From Trichoplax adhaerens (Eukaryota; Animalia; Placozoa), in contig NW_002060951.1 in the NCBI RefSeq assembly GCF_000150275.1, forward strand, positions 64,775-128,774: a stretch of DNA of 64,000 nt, read 5' to 3'. This document shows, one piece after another, positions 31,401-46,370 of this stretch. Under the pieces are notes generated by a model. That model did no database searches, was not told the DNA's origin, and saw nothing but the letters and a program-made list of their open reading frames with translations. Within the stretch, counting starts at the first letter, position 1. Each line of letters starts with the position of its first letter. A program made the translations under genes and the position numbers.

Positions 31401-33063
31401 GTACTGCATTTTCTATGTTTTCCCTAGTACTAGATACGATGAATAAAATTTAATCATGCTCTAGATTCTTCGCTGCAATCGCTTGCCATCTATCCAGTAT
31501 TTATCTTACATTGACACATATATATAATACATAAGACTCTCAGGATTAATTCTACAGCGACTTACAGAGCTTCTTTAAAGCTCACGAGTTCGTAAAGTAA
31601 GTCAGCCGCTCCACCACTCCCACAAACAATAAATAAGAAATCTTCACGAAGTATTGTATCTAGGGATAATTTCAGATCCAGCATATTACCTCCAATCAGT
31701 AAGCTAACCACTGAAATTGTGTCTAAATGCGAAATGCATATTGCATTAATTGAAGTGAAATAGAAAAACTAGATGTGTTTAATACCATTAATTAACTTTA
31801 AATATAGAATGAAAAATACAGAAAGCATTGAATGCTGAAGTGGAAATTAAGATAAGAAAGTTCTAGTTAACCATGGCATTGGATCTTCTGAGATTTTAAA
31901 GGAGTGCTTGATACTGGTATATGATGGAAAGAGTTTTGCAGAGCTTGTTGTAACTGGATTCTTAGTTGCAGAACATCACCGTCTTCAAATAGGATGAAGC
32001 AATCATGGCAGGGATCAAGGTAATGATTTCCAAGGATGTCGTCATGGATATGATATTCTGAATATACTTGATCTGAGCATTGCTGTTGGCGATAATTATA
32101 GCAAAGAATTCAATTTTTTGTCGCATCTTAATTTGCTAGACAGAAATAAAGCCATTATCTAGATCGTATGAATACATATTCGGCAAAATTATGCTAGCAG
32201 AGGATAAATTTTTCATCATGATTGTAGTTGATACTATGTAAAGAGTATAAGTGTATTAATCTAAACGTGGAGTAAAATGTAGTTGTTATCACTAGAGAAG
32301 AAGGGGGATAATAATTTATATCTGAAGAACGCGAAATCTAAGCCTAATAATAAATAAAATGTAAATGATGCTACAAACAATTGCATGGACCTCATTGTAT
32401 TATTGTAGTATTAGAAAACAAAATTTGGCTAATTAGAAATTTTAAATATTAATCATTACCTTATTGTAAGCTAACTCATCGCTAGATTGTATAGCTTGCA
32501 AGGAATTGATACCAATTAAAGTAACATTATTTTGATTTGGTTCTGCAGTTGAAAATCCTTCAGCAACTGAACGAGTAAGGCCACTATGATAGCCATTTGT
32601 AATTATTAATAAGCGTAATTTGCTATTAATTGCTTTGATAGTTTTGCAAATTGATTCATGTTGGATTAGTGTTTCCTGATTATTATTGCCACCAATAATA
32701 GATATAATCATTTGTGGGTGATAAGATAAGAGTAAAGTATCCAATAAGGACTGAACTAAATTGGACATATCAATATCCCCAGTTACAATGCAGTACTAAA
32801 AAGCAAAAATTTCAGATAATTACTTTGATGACTGATCAGATTTATTCAACCACAAAGTGCCTGAATTAATTTTATAAATACTGGTAGCTGAGCTTTCATA
32901 CAAGTAGTAACTAATTTTTTACCACAAATTTTACCTCGGCATATATTTCCATGCATTGCTGATGGGTAAGAAATTGAATTGTTCGAAATGGAATGCTCCT
33001 AGTATTAGTCAAATTCTGGGGATCAAAGTTGATTAAATGGACCTCATTACTTGTTCCTGCCAT
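26101..33063 (-). CDS. TRPM-like cation channel A (divergent), multi-exon
   Basis: ATG at 33063. SLOG/MHR1-2 motifs PQMIISIIGG, LDPCHDCFILF, GSGGAADLL; MHR4 ELFLWSLW..ELSYHFWKQ, SPEWGQMSCF; pre-S1 YYVTPRLKYFIH; S2 EEIIQ; S4-5 HGPKLIMIRKL; pore PYLRVFGE; S6 NLLIAIL; TRP helix WAKQF..LAPP. TAA at 26103-26101. Confidence 0.9.
28449..28490. repeat. (TA)n microsatellite in a TRPM-A intron
   Basis: Directly visible TA run with one interruption. Confidence 0.9.
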
Positions 33064-35049
33064 TACTTTGTGATTAGTAAGTCGTAATACTCTACAAAAT
33101 TAGATATGAAAATGGAGATAATACTGCAAGTTCTTCAATTGTAAGGTATCGCTTGAAACAAAGGCCCTTCGGGCTGGTACATTAGCCAATTTTATTCTAT
33201 CCAAACATAAATTGTACATTATAGAAATAAATAATACAGTAAGCCATCTGTGTACTGCAACATCAAATCCTGCGGTGCTAAAAATAGGTACATGCAAACA
33301 TTAGAGACCTCAGCAGATATGAATTTAGCAGTATCTTAGTTCCTAATAGTTTATTAGTTCCATTAGCAGATGTTCTAGCTAACTTTGCTGTAACTGCGGC
33401 TCAGGTTAACTAGCATATATTTATAAGACATCGCAAGCAATCAAGGTGCTATTACTGGAATAAATTAAAAATTACTAATGATATCTTATGTTAACCAGGT
33501 TATATTTGTAAAATATCGCAAACATTTAAGATACAATTACTGGACGCCATTAAGAATTTGGTATCTAAGATAACCTATACCCATTTAGCTCAAAATTGTT
33601 GTTTGCAAATTTTAATAGTAGAAATCCTCATGGTGCAGCATATCATGACATGAAAACATTTGGATTATCTTACTCTAATATAAAATTAATTGCTCACCTG
33701 CTGATATCTTTTGCAAGGTAGCTTTGATCTAAGACTTAATTTTATTGTAAGTGCACAAGTCATCCGCCGCTTCCAGTAACCTGCATCTTCCAATGTAACA
33801 AATTTAAGATTTTAATGTGGAAAACTTGAAAAATGTATTGAAGAAACGTAAGTGACGGAAAATCTTTACTTTATTAGATTGATCTAATTATTTGGTTTAG
33901 AAGCAACTTTCAACTAGTTAGACTACATCACTCTAGAAAGGCTAAATATTTATCACTATATCCTTTATTTCGAACCTTTAAATTAAGTAAGACTTGATTG
34001 ATTACCTTACCGGACGTGTGTAATTGACAAAATATATCAAACTAAAAGATATCGGTAGTATTATTTATTGTCACTAAATATTGCAGCTCGATCTTTTACT
34101 AATTACAAATATTACAGCATTCGCTACAAGAATATTATTAATCAGGACAGATTACATAATAAATAGGTATAATGGAAACATCATTTTTTCTTCAATTAGA
34201 TACTTTTCGGGGCATTGGTATTACCATAGTTTCAATTGTTGTTTGGTGTTATAAGTGACAAAGATTTCCATTGCACCGTAGATCCGTTCATAGTTGACAA
34301 TAAAAATAGGCTTACCAAATCATGTAGTCGATTTACTTCATAAGCTTAAACCATAGACTAGAACCGGGATCTAGTAAATTTCTAGATTTTAGTAGTTTAT
34401 GGCCTTAATGTTAGCTTTACAAAGTTGCTTAGAAACGCCTGACAACATATACACTTGATATTTTATAGAGAGATACACAAGGCTAGTAAAATTTGCAATA
34501 TCTATCCTGAGTCTGGTAATTTACAGAAATTTGAGTTTCTATCGCATACCTTTGGCGAAAATCGCCTGGAAATGCATTCAGGTTAAAAACTTTTGTTAAT
34601 CCAAAATAAAGTTGAAAAGTTTAAAGAAGGAAAATGTGCATCTTGCTTGGCACTGCTTCTCATCATATGCTCCATTTGAAAGTGTTCTAATACTTTGTTA
34701 GAATCAAATTGCTGTCTGTTGCAATGTTAGGCTGATTCTGTGGATATCATTAACTATAAATAACTTAACCTCTTTACATAAATTTTGATCGCTGGCCATT
34801 GCTTTCTATTTTATGAATGATTCCTGCAGTATATAACCGGTTAACTAATAATTATGAAGCTATTATAATCTTACTGGGTATGATAACTTGTACAGATTTA
34901 ATTATTTGCCTTGTGACATATTCAATATTTCGTATGGACTACTTGCAATCATACACTGTATGTATAAATATATTGACACCATAAATATAGGTCAAACATA
35001 AGATTGTTAGCAATTTATTATAAACTTTAACTCTAGAAACTTAGCGAAT

Positions 35050-35450
35050 CCTGAAATAGAAGAAAGATTAATATCACCATGTGACGGAGCTCGCTCCGAA
35101 ATGAATAATATTTTGATCTAAAATGTGTAACAATATTATTATGGAGGTTGCCGATCTCGGCAACAACCTAGTTGTTAATTGAGTTTTGTTATTAATTATC
35201 CTAGTAATATACAGCGTGGATATGGTGTTAGCAATTAAAATGTCAAGCTGTAAAGATTATTATGTTAGTTAATAAGGTGCTAATTAATAATATTAATTTG
35301 TGACAAGTGATAAGTAACACTCGAGCTAGTCGAATCTATAGTAAGCCTGTATGGATCTGTATTGCACATTCTATAATTTAATGTGAAAGATTAGTACCGA
35401 TCTTATTTGTGTGATATATGAAACTGTATATAAGCTTGATCATTACTTTT
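35050..35450 (+). pseudogene. GPCR relic (TM2-TM4) between TRPM-A and TRPM-B
   Basis: One frame reads MEVADLGNNLVVN*VLLLIILVIYSVDMVLAIKMSSCK (D at 35153, C at 35249); PVWICIA follows later. Confidence 0.4.
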
Positions 35451-36499
35451 TAATCTGAGTTCCACGAAGGCTACGCTAGAGTACACTGGTACTAAGTTGC
35501 AATAGCTGGTAATAAAATATTTAATAACCTAAACCTATCGTTGGACTCGTTGTCTATGGTATAGGAATAAGTTAGTTTTCCTTTACTGAGGATCTCCGGA
35601 GTTAGTCGGGAACCTTAAGAGTAGATAGACTAGTTTAGGTACGTTCACGAAAGTTGTTTTGTGACACACCAATATTGAAAAAATATAATTGATAAGTAAT
35701 TGTATTTGCTTATGAGATAAATCACACAACGCGTGATGTACAGCGTCGTTTATAGGAAAGATATTAGCCCAAAAGTTTTCAGGCTGCTATAAATGTAGTA
35801 AGATAATTAGGAGGATGAAGTCATTAAAATGCTACATTACGGGCGTGGATTCAAGTTTAATCATACTATCTACGTGTTACTCAACTAAACTTGCCTAATC
35901 TGAACTAATTTAGATTACCCTAGATAAGTAACAATGACTGAAAAATGCACTTTCAGAATCTTCTAACTATATCTTTATTCTCTAAAATGCAAGTCTAATT
36001 TAATATTCAAAATCAATCATATAAATAGCTATTCTAGCCATAAAACCGGTTTACGATGTGTAATATATTTGGACCAATAAGACTTCGAGAATACATTAAA
36101 TTATTCCTAGTCTAATCCAATGAATTTGTAATATTACTATAGATTAACTTTATGTTTGCCCTAGCTTATAATTAACAGGATTTATATTGAATTTGCCATT
36201 GACAATTCATATACCATATTTAGTATAATTTAACCTGCATTAGGAACAGGTTTGTATCGGCTATATTAAGTCATCAAATAATTCATGCACATATCCAAAT
36301 TAATAACTATCTTAACGTGATACGTATACATGTCTAAATTAAGTAAGTTATCATTCATCGCGGTAGATTCACTACCGTGATACTAAGTTTATAATACAGT
36401 TATTTGTAAATTATGAGCTTGATGATTACAATGATTAACCATGGATTAACTACTTTGCTATGCTAATAAAATTTATAATGGATGTTGCTTAGCAAGTAA

Positions 36500-36810
36500 A
36501 TTTGCTGTATTTATAATTCAGATAATCTATTAGATGTAAATTTTGGATTTAATTCCACGAATAAATGTTGAAATAATTATTTCGCCATAAAAGATGTTAT
36601 AATTCAGTTATAGCGTATAATATATATATACGAGTAGGTCATAGATTTAGTTTCTCAAATAAATGTTAGTTAAAATAAATTATTTCGCTATCAGCAATAT
36701 GATAATTCAGTTACACCATATAAAGTAAATGTACGAGTAAATCATGAATTCAATTTCATAAATAAATATCAGTTATAATAAAATATTTCGTCATCTGAGA
36801 CATTATATCT
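36500..36810. repeat. Degenerate ~100-bp tandem repeat, about 3 copies
   Basis: ATAAAT..TATTTCG..ATAATTCAGTTA..TACGAGTA recurs with units starting at about 36561, 36659 and 36762. Confidence 0.75.
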
Positions 36811-37184
36811 AACATACTACCTAACCATACGATTAGATTATCATCTTCGTATTGTTGCTAATAATTAGTGAATAGGAGTCAGGATGCGATATGGTTAATT
36901 ATATGTTACAATAATTACTGTTTACCCTACATTATAATAATTAAAATTTTGATACTAGAAAGACTTAGATAAACAGTCATAGATTAAAATTTGTTCTATA
37001 AATCGCTCATATAATAAAGTTATACCTAAGGACATTCTATATTTACTGTTAGAAATTAGTACGTACGCCATATGATGTACAACAGACAATAAATCTATAC
37101 AATACACATACGAATATAGTAAAAAATAGTTAATGTTGCATTTATATGTGAGAGATTAGCTAATATTTCCAGATTAAGAATGTT

Positions 37185-40100
37185 CTATTTTCTTTTATAG
37201 GTTTCGGGTCGGTAATTAATACGATCTTGTTCCGCCAAAGTTGATTGCCTTGGCAGTTGTGCCCGTTCAATTTTATTACATACATTATACATTAATCTTT
37301 TCACTTCTGTCATATCATTTCGTAGGTTTTTCATATCTCCTTTCAATTTTGTTACATCTTTATTCTGTTTCTCAAATCTAAGTAAATATAATTCAATTTG
37401 AAGTGAGTTTACTAAAAAATTTAGAGCTTTTTTGCTTTGTATCGACTATAGCTTTAGAGCTAGATTTAGTATATAAGATTCAGAGGATTGGAATAAATCC
37501 GCTATGATTTTCTAAGACATTCATTAAAGTATATCATCCTTCAGCAATTAAATAATTGGTAATTTTGAAAATTGAACAAGCTGGCCAAAAATCTAACATA
37601 TTTTCATTTACTATTATGCTATTACAACAATTGAACGGGAAATTTATTAGTATTGACAAATATGGTTCATTCTTGATGTTTTTGCACGAAAAATTTTCAT
37701 CGTTATTTGGTTCGCAATGCAGCAGATACAAATATTATAGCTCCAAATCTGATGAGATATGATATACCCTATTCTAGCCATTATATTAAAAACAAATTGC
37801 AGCGAACTTTACCTATCAGCTGCTAAGCGACTTTGCTGTTTGATTAAATAACGGCTATCGTTATTGTCTCCTTTCCAAAATCGTTGCAGCCTATAAATAA
37901 AAATGACACATATATTTTAGTATATAAGATACACCATATATTATTTTTTATGAAAAATCGACATTTGCTTAGCGACATTCATGTTATTTTAATATTTTAG
38001 CTACTAATGCATAAGCTCTTTGGAAAGTAATCAAAAAACGTAAACAAATGTTCACGTGTCAAGCATACTAAGAATGCATACCTCTTAAGTTTATCTTTCT
38101 GCCCAAATTCAGCGTTGTTCGCAATTAATTCTTTCTTTAAATCTTCTTCAATATCCGGAAGAGCGTCGTAAGGAATGTTGATGTTGCTAATATCAGGCAA
38201 TTCTATTTACAGGAAAGATTATGATTGAAAAGATGATGTAATTGAAATCAGCTATTTTATTAGCTTGTAAAAATATATTACAGATAAATATGTAGATTGT
38301 ATAGAAAATACGTGCTTTCCTATATAGTAGATATATCATACAAGTATCTTTCATGTACGGTAGAATATAATAGCGACTTACTCAAAGATTTTGCAAAATC
38401 TTCATCGCTAACACTTTGAAGTAGTGATTTCAAGCGCAGACTAACGATATGAGAAATAACGGAGACTACTGTTTGTATTAGATTGAGCGGTGGTATAAAA
38501 GGCGTTCGGAAGACGTATTCTCTAACAAGGGCTGTGAATTGCTGAGCCCATAATTTCTTAGCATCGCCGTCCAGTTCGTCGTATCTTTTACTATATATCA
38601 TTTATATTTCATAAATCAAACAAATTCACCAAAGTAGGCGATGCAAGGTAATTTTTAATATTAATCAGCACTCTAGAAGTTAATTTTCAGATAAAGCCCG
38701 ATATCTACTTACTTTAAGATTGCAATCAACAAATTAAGAAGGAGAATGATGGCAATCAAGAGATAAATGATTAGGAGAGCATTCACAACTATCTCTACTG
38801 CAAGGCAGTTGTAGTAAGAGTATGTTATTCCAGCAACTGTAGCATTTGAGGTATTAGTGGTTGCGCATTTGATAATATTTTCTATAGTGATGTTATGAAG
38901 TAAAAATTTCATAATTACAAAAGACTTTATAAGCCAATTTATGATGTTAAGGTTACAATAGCTTACATCCTTTTCAGAAACATACGATTATGTCTAAGAC
39001 ATTCGAAATTTTATCAACATAGTAGCGCATTTACCTGTACTGTCTATATTCAAATCGCCAAAAATTCGCCAATATGGAATTAGTAAGATTGAAACAACTG
39101 CACTTTTGCCCGAAATGCGATTAGGATAGAGTATAGCATGACTAGCGATACCAAACGCCACCAAAAAGACGAAGAGTATGACCAGAAATGAAATCAAATC
39201 TCCTAACTGATTATACAGATATAAATAGATATTAAAACAGAAATTAAAAATTAGGATATTTTTAATAGCAGTTTACTGGCAAACATTAATTTCGTTAATT
39301 TACCAATTTACGAATCATAATTAATTTCGGTCCATGATTTTTCGAAGGAGATATTACTTGCAGTAAACGAATGCTGAAGATGATCAGGTCAACGCAATAT
39401 AGTATCCGACTAGCTTCAACTAATATCGTGAAGAAATGCATAATAAATGCTGTAGCAAATATAATGATGGCCATAAAATCCAATGCGTTCCAGACATCCA
39501 TTAACCATAAGCGGATTTTACCACAGATTGTCCAGGTGGGTTCCCACATAATCTAATGAATTAAAATATGAAAATATGAATTATTTTCATAAAGGCTACA
39601 CAAAATATAGACCACATTTTGAAAGTAAAAAGTAATTTACCTGACTAATCTCCTCGACTGCTAAGGCTAAAACCCAAATGGCAGTTGCAATCTCTATCGG
39701 AGAAGTTACATTGCCGAAAAAAAGTGTAATAAAGGCGCCATACAAAGCCAGAAATATCAGATAAAATATCTGAATGTCATGCAACAAGATTAAAGGGACA
39801 AAGGGTATTAAACATGTTAAAAAGTAAACCTAAACATAGTTTAAAATTAGGCATATTTTACGATATTAATTATGCTATAAACCTACCGAATTTAGGAAGT
39901 ATTTTACTTTAGGAATGTAATAAAATCGGCTAATTCTAACAAAAGTTCCGCAAGTGTTCGAACAAGAAGTAGGTTTAACTATTCCAGTTTCTAAATCATG
40001 AGGTTGTATTGCATTAGATGGCCGTAGATTTATGTCTTTCATAATGTAAAAGTTGCAGTAAACTGTTTGAAATAATTGCTGTAGGATAAGTAGAAAAGGT

Positions 40101-43100
40101 ATAGGAAAGATCGTTGCTAGAATAACCTAAAATATAAGAAATGACATACATACTCTATAAGAATATAATCCTAAAATATCATTTAAGATATAGACAAAGA
40201 AATGATGGAAATATACACGTAACTCATTGAGATAACTTATGATAAATATGTCAGCCATATCTAATGCACGATTTTATCATGTGAGTCTCTAGCATTAGGA
40301 TGAAAATGCTCGAAATTGCGTTTAAATGGACTAGATGAGCCTCAGCTGTATACATGATTACATACGAGCTATTGATAATTCTACGTTTTACTTACAAGAC
40401 TGGTTGGTGTAGAACCTTGTTTCTCGGCAATTAATAAATCGCCGCTCCAAATGCATCGTAGAGATACAACGTAGGAATCATGTGAAATAAACTCATTTAA
40501 GCCCTTGGTCAACATAATTACAGAAAAACATGATACACCACCCCAATCAGGTAATTCTCGAAGTAGCATATAAATTGTACCACCAACATCACTGTTGTAA
40601 GCCTCATTAACCATTTGGTACGCCAGTCTTCTATATTTTCTAAAAAATTTTAATAGATATGTTATGAATTAGTATATCATTGTAACAAACTATATATTTT
40701 AGTAAATTTAATGTATGTATTAATATTTTAATCGATTTGTAATAATTCGTTTGAATTGGTTAAGTATACCGGTATTGCTATATTTCGAAATGAACAAGAT
40801 TTTAACTTACTCAGCCAATTCTAGACAATGATCTGCAGGCGGGTTAGTACGTTTGTCGTCTTTACTATAATAGTGTAATACTTTATAACCAACTAATGCA
40901 GCAATTAACGGCGTTTTAATTCTCTTCCAAAAGAGGAAAGAAAGTTCTAATTTGCCGGTTAATATAGCCCACAAGAAGAGATTGCGGAATGGGTCTAATG
41001 AGTCTTTTCCTGCATTTGAAAATTCCTCAACTGAAGTGTAAGTTGCTACTTCTTCGTATGGATTTTTATAACCGAAATCCATAATCTTTGCTAACAGGCT
41101 ACCAGCCTCCGTCATTGTCAAGTCTTCCGTGTTGCTTTGATGCTATAGGAATATGATTCTTTCTTTAGTAATTAGATAATCAATCTATAGTAGTTGTTTT
41201 ATCATTTTAGTATGTGGCGCTCTATTTTCATCGAATATGCCATCTTAAAATACAGTATTGATAAATTTTATTTGTTTACCTTGTACATTAGTTTAATTCT
41301 ATCTAGGTTGACAAAATGTTTTATTTTCGACCCAGCGTTATCCAGTAAAAAATCAACGACACCAATAGTTTCTACTGAACCTCGAGCGATTTCATATGTG
41401 ATAGCCCTATCTAATGCTTCAATATAGCTTAGAGTACCATTTCGTATTAGTGTGTAAATAACATCCTTTAGACCTTTAATGTACGCGCACTTAATCAAGT
41501 AATCAAGGGACATCCGATGAGATTTTCTTTTGCTGACCTGATCATAAAGACGCAAAATGTAGAGAGCAATTAGTATAGAATCATTATCATCGAATATACA
41601 AGTAGTTCCTTTCGTAAATTACGAGTAAACAAATTTAAATCTATTATACATAAAATCGTAAATTAGCCATTTTATCATTAACAATAAATAGTTACGATTA
41701 TCTTTAATGTTAAGGCTTAGCAATGCTTGATAGACGTATATAATCGTATCTATATCAGAATTAATTTCTTACCAAATTTATTATATCTTCACTTAGTTTT
41801 CTAGTATCTATTTTTCCCCATAAAAATCTGAGTTTGTATTCGATATCAATTTCGGTACCATGCACTATTTCACAATAAAAGTTATGATTAATACTTCCCT
41901 TATAACTATTTCCTGTATTTATTGACAGTATACCATGCAAATAATTAAATTTCAAGTTATTACTAATTATGAAATGTCATGTTACCTTTCAGTAGCATTT
42001 CAAAGATTTCTTCTACAAATCCTTTAGCCGCATGGATTCCGATAATTTTAACCTAGTACAATAAATAACAGAAATTTCTTAACAATTTATATAGTAAGAT
42101 AAATTTTTGAGGAAAGTGGATCAGTTACTGACCTGGTCTCGTAATGCAATTGTTTTCTGTAACATATCAACGTATCTCAATACAATATTTTGATGTTTCT
42201 TTTTCTTAAAAGCGAAGATATCCATAAATGTTGCGGCTATCTGTTCTGGTGAGCTGTCAATAGTTATAAATTTTAATATTTGAGACAAATTAACTTCAAT
42301 AAAGGATTTAGCCATTCCTAATCGAATGAACGAATAAAATATTTTCCATGATTTCCTAAAAGCGCATTTGCAAAGGTATTACCTATCCTCTTGATTTTCT
42401 ATCAGGTTGGTAAGAAGTTTCGCTGAACCACCAGTGTCCTTAATTACAAAGACAGGATATCCTTTATGAAGTGCTATAGATGCCATTTCTAAAGCTCTAA
42501 GATCACCACCAACTAACAAATATACAGCAGGTATAAAGTCGCCTGTAAAGTTATAAGCAAATATAAGCAGAATTAGTTACCAATGAATTGTATAATTAAT
42601 TACAAGTCAGTGTTATTCTGAATCGTTTAAATTGTTTTCTATTACGAATTTTTTATAGCATGTCTTACCATATCAACATTATTTATGTAACTTTAATATA
42701 TTGATAACTAACGGTACTTTAATCTTAGTAAGCTTTCATTATTATTTAGATTTGGCATACATAGTATAGTTTTTTAATATTAGAAGTTTTAATAATCAAG
42801 TATTGTAGGTACGTATTTATGTAATTTTATATCCTTTAATTGGAATAAATATTAACCTGACATATCATCATCCTTGCTCGTTGTACTAGTACCAAGTAAC
42901 AGTTTGTCTTTGCCCATATTCCTAATTTCATGCTCTAATGAACACCGTAATTGGACTTCATTATGATAATCCCCTTCATAACTATTATCCACCAATATGA
43001 AACAGTCATGAAATGCATTTAAGTCATTATGGTTGGCTTCGTCTCCAACGCTAATATCATAGATCAATGTATCTTGATCCTAGTTTGACGTACACAATTA

Positions 43101-44092
43101 AAAAGTGTTGAAATTTGTAAGTCATTATCGTGGTATAACGATCACATAACTTTTGAACTGTTGTTTCATTTACTTTCGTTTCATATAGATGACTTAGCAT
43201 CATAAACAAACTTATTAGTAACATTTTTGTAAATTTTGACTCATTTTCTTAACTGTAAGTACCAGTGGGACAACGAATTGTTCAATTATTTTTTTGGATA
43301 GTAACAATCATATAATAAGAGCATCTTTTAAATAATATTAATACATAATTTACCTTTATTTTAGACCACAATTCATGCTTTCCAACATCTTTATAGGTGC
43401 ATACGCCTAGTAAAGGTATATCTAAGCCGAAATCGGCAGATTCACGACTTTTAATCTCCTCGGCAATGGATCTAACAACACCTGAATTGATACCACTAGT
43501 AATCAAATAGCATCTAGCCATTTTAGTTAATCGATTAACGGTTCTACATATTGCTTCTCGTTGAATTAACGTTTCCAGTCTATCTGTTCCACCCAGGATT
43601 GATACAATTAATTGAGGTTTTGTAAAGTAGGAAGTTGCTTTACGTATTCCTTTAAGCAAATAGCGAGCGTCGATTTCATCTCGTATTTTACAATACTTTT
43701 GTAAGGATAGAAGGAATACAAATGAGTGTTATAGCTCTTAAACATCCGATAGAATTATGTAACGTACGCTATTAAAGAGTTAGCACTACAACTTGCTGCC
43801 TTATGTGCATTAGAAATGATGACGTTTAAATAAGGTACATGGTTGATCATCGAAAATATATATAATCACGCTATTACTTAAGCTATACGTAATAGAATTA
43901 ATAGCTAGATAGTTTCAATTCTTTTACAATAAGATTGACATGAAATCTACAGTGAGCTAATTTAATATTATCTACAACTATCATAATGCATACCACGGCA
44001 TCGGAAACATCGTAACCAGACGATCGAAATTCCAAGTTATGAAATCGAATATATTCGTTACTATCAGAGTCACTGTCGATAGTAGCAGCCAT
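37185..44092 (-). CDS. TRPM-like cation channel B, multi-exon, with C-terminal coiled coil
   Basis: ATG at 44092. Motifs KPQLIVSILGG, LNAFHDCFILVD, DPFRNLFLWAILTGKLELSFLFWK, LPDWGGVSCF, FYYIPKVKYFLN, EEISQ, WNALD, HGPKLIMIRKL, PYWRIFGD, NLLIAIL and WAQQF..EYVFRTPFIPPLN. Last exon FEKQNKDVTKLKGDMKNLRNDMTEVK; TAG at 37187-37185. Confidence 0.92.
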
Positions 44093-44490
44093 GTTATAAG
44101 TATTAGAATGATTTAAATTACCTCTATTTTAAAAAGCTTCATAGATCTCATTTATAATACTACTGGATGATGCTGTTGCCATGGTGATGAACGTTTATTC
44201 TTGATCTCAATAAAATAGTAGTAAAATAGCATATTATGTAATATTGGTCAGTTTTGATTGGCCTATCTGATCTTCTATATAATGGGTTGAAATACGGAGA
44301 CGATTTTAATGCAATATACTAAAATAGACTAGTTTTTTCCTTGTATAAAGTCTAACTTCTTATACTATTCGATAAAACTGACAAAGGTACCTGGTGTAAT
44401 ATGATATTTGTACTGCTGTGTGCAGAGTGCAATGAAGTGCGGGTACTGTATTGGTACAGTATGTTGGCTAATGGATTACTAAAAATTATT

Positions 44491-44531
44491 ACTAGAAATT
44501 ACTACAATTTACTATTGTAGTAATTTCTAGT
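44491..44531. other. Perfect 18-bp inverted repeat with 5-nt loop
   Basis: ACTAGAAATTACTACAAT-TTACT-ATTGTAGTAATTTCTAGT. Confidence 0.9.
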
Positions 44532-45869
44532 GGTCCGTGATTGGCATTAGAGTAGATTGGCTCTGTGGTTAATGGAGCAACCCTGTAAGGGATATAAAAA
44601 TTTAAAATCTATATCCGATTCTGGTCCATAGCTTTATATGAGTGTAGTGATCCAGGCGTGTGATAGAGTCATTTAAAAGAGCTTGCTGTTATTAAGATCA
44701 CGTAACCATTACAGCCGATTCTCCAGGCTGAAAATTCGTTCATAGTTCAAAATCTGTTGGATAAAGTATTAAGTGAAATTTAAGCATATACAGTATCTGA
44801 CTCTATCCTAGTCCATGGGTAGAGCAACTACTGAGAATTTACTTGATACTAACATCATTGGCTATCATTTAAATTACAGACAGGCGGACAATAATTGCCT
44901 TTCTTGTTACGTATCCGGTGATCTTCAGAAGGAATATTCTAAAATGAGTTTCACACTAGCCACACACTGCTACCGTAGTGCTACGGCTAGAAATAACGTG
45001 AAAGTACCCTGGTAATGTATATAGCTATTCTTTACTCTAATTCAGTCTAATACTTAATTATATTTGCGGTATAGTTCACAAACGACCGAGTGCATATGCT
45101 TAACTTCCACTTGATTTCACATCTTCTTTTATATGTTCGTACGAGTATTAATTGAGTATATGATACTGGTGCAAAGATAATTAAACGTTCCATTGGAGAT
45201 AACGGATAGTCTAATCCTTACCAGATAATACCGTACTGTAATATAGGATCAGAGTATCCAAGATCAAACTAATTCATGCTTTAGCAATAAAAGCTTAGCA
45301 AATCAATAATATCTGGATCAATTATCTGCGACTTCTTACGAATGGATATAGAAATGAAAGTAATAATCTCCGATCAAGACTGCGCTAATGCATGTAGAAA
45401 TCATTTTCAGATCTTCGAATCAGTTAAATTTCCTTCGATCTTAGTAAACACCTGAGCATCTACGGCGCCAACAGGAAAAAAATGATTAGATATTGCTGAT
45501 TGGCTTATCCAGTTAATTTACTCATGTTTTATTATTGTTTGTTGATGACGTCAAATAATTCAGTTTGCCACGGAAATTGATACAATAGACTACACCCAAA
45601 ATCTACCTTGATCTACAAAGTACTTCATAACCATGTTCTCCCTGCTGTCCATTTATTGTTAGTAAGATGATTGAAAACCAATGAGTTTCACTCCTAAATG
45701 AATTGGATTACTTTGAACAGAGATTAATAAAAGATAGAAGAATCTACGAGTAAGTTTAAATGATAAGCAATTTTGCTATTTAAAAATTAGGGGAATAGAG
45801 TACTAGAATTGAAGTTAGATGTAGAGATGTGCCATGAAGCTGATGATGAAAGATTGAGTGCTTACTTAT

Positions 45870-46370
45870 AATACTGATGATAGTCATCAATTGTACTGCA
45901 GCAAATGTATAGGGTGATCTCTGTAAAAAGTTCAAACACGAATGGATGTTGTTACTTTAATCATTTGGCAAATGAATATCTTCTAAATAAGACGGAAAAA
46001 ATTGATTGTAATCCCAATACATGACAGAAAATTACGTTTTAAATAACTTAGTTTGCTGTTTTAAATTCAGTTCTGGCTTGAAATACACTTACTTCTTATT
46101 CTTGATATAAGATTAAACAGTAGTATTATTATGGTTGATTAAACAATACTAGCGTAATCATTACTGATGTTAGTCATCAATGGTAGTAAGCGTTCACGAT
46201 TATTCTTGTAAAATATTCAAGTACGAATTGGTGTCGTATTCTAGTTTGGTAAATGAATATCTTGTAAGTATGACTCGGAAGAATGGATTGTAATCCGAAT
46301 ACATGACAGGAAATTACCTTTCAAAGTAACTTAATTTGCTCTTTGAATTCAGTGCTAGCTTGAAATAGGC
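45870..46370. repeat. Diverged direct repeat, period ~290 bp
   Basis: TACTGATG.TAGTCATCAAT and TTTGG.AAATGAATATCTT..GATTGTAATCC.AATACATGACAG.AAATTAC occur at ~45870-46088 and ~46160-46368. Confidence 0.8.

Noticed and set aside
44559-44632. tRNA-like start GGCTCTGTGGTTAATGG and tRNA-like length
   Set aside because: No consistent cloverleaf, T-arm or acceptor pairing.
44700-45100. Further possible GPCR relic (TVSDSIL, MYIAILY)
   Set aside because: The motifs are too weak to separate from chance.
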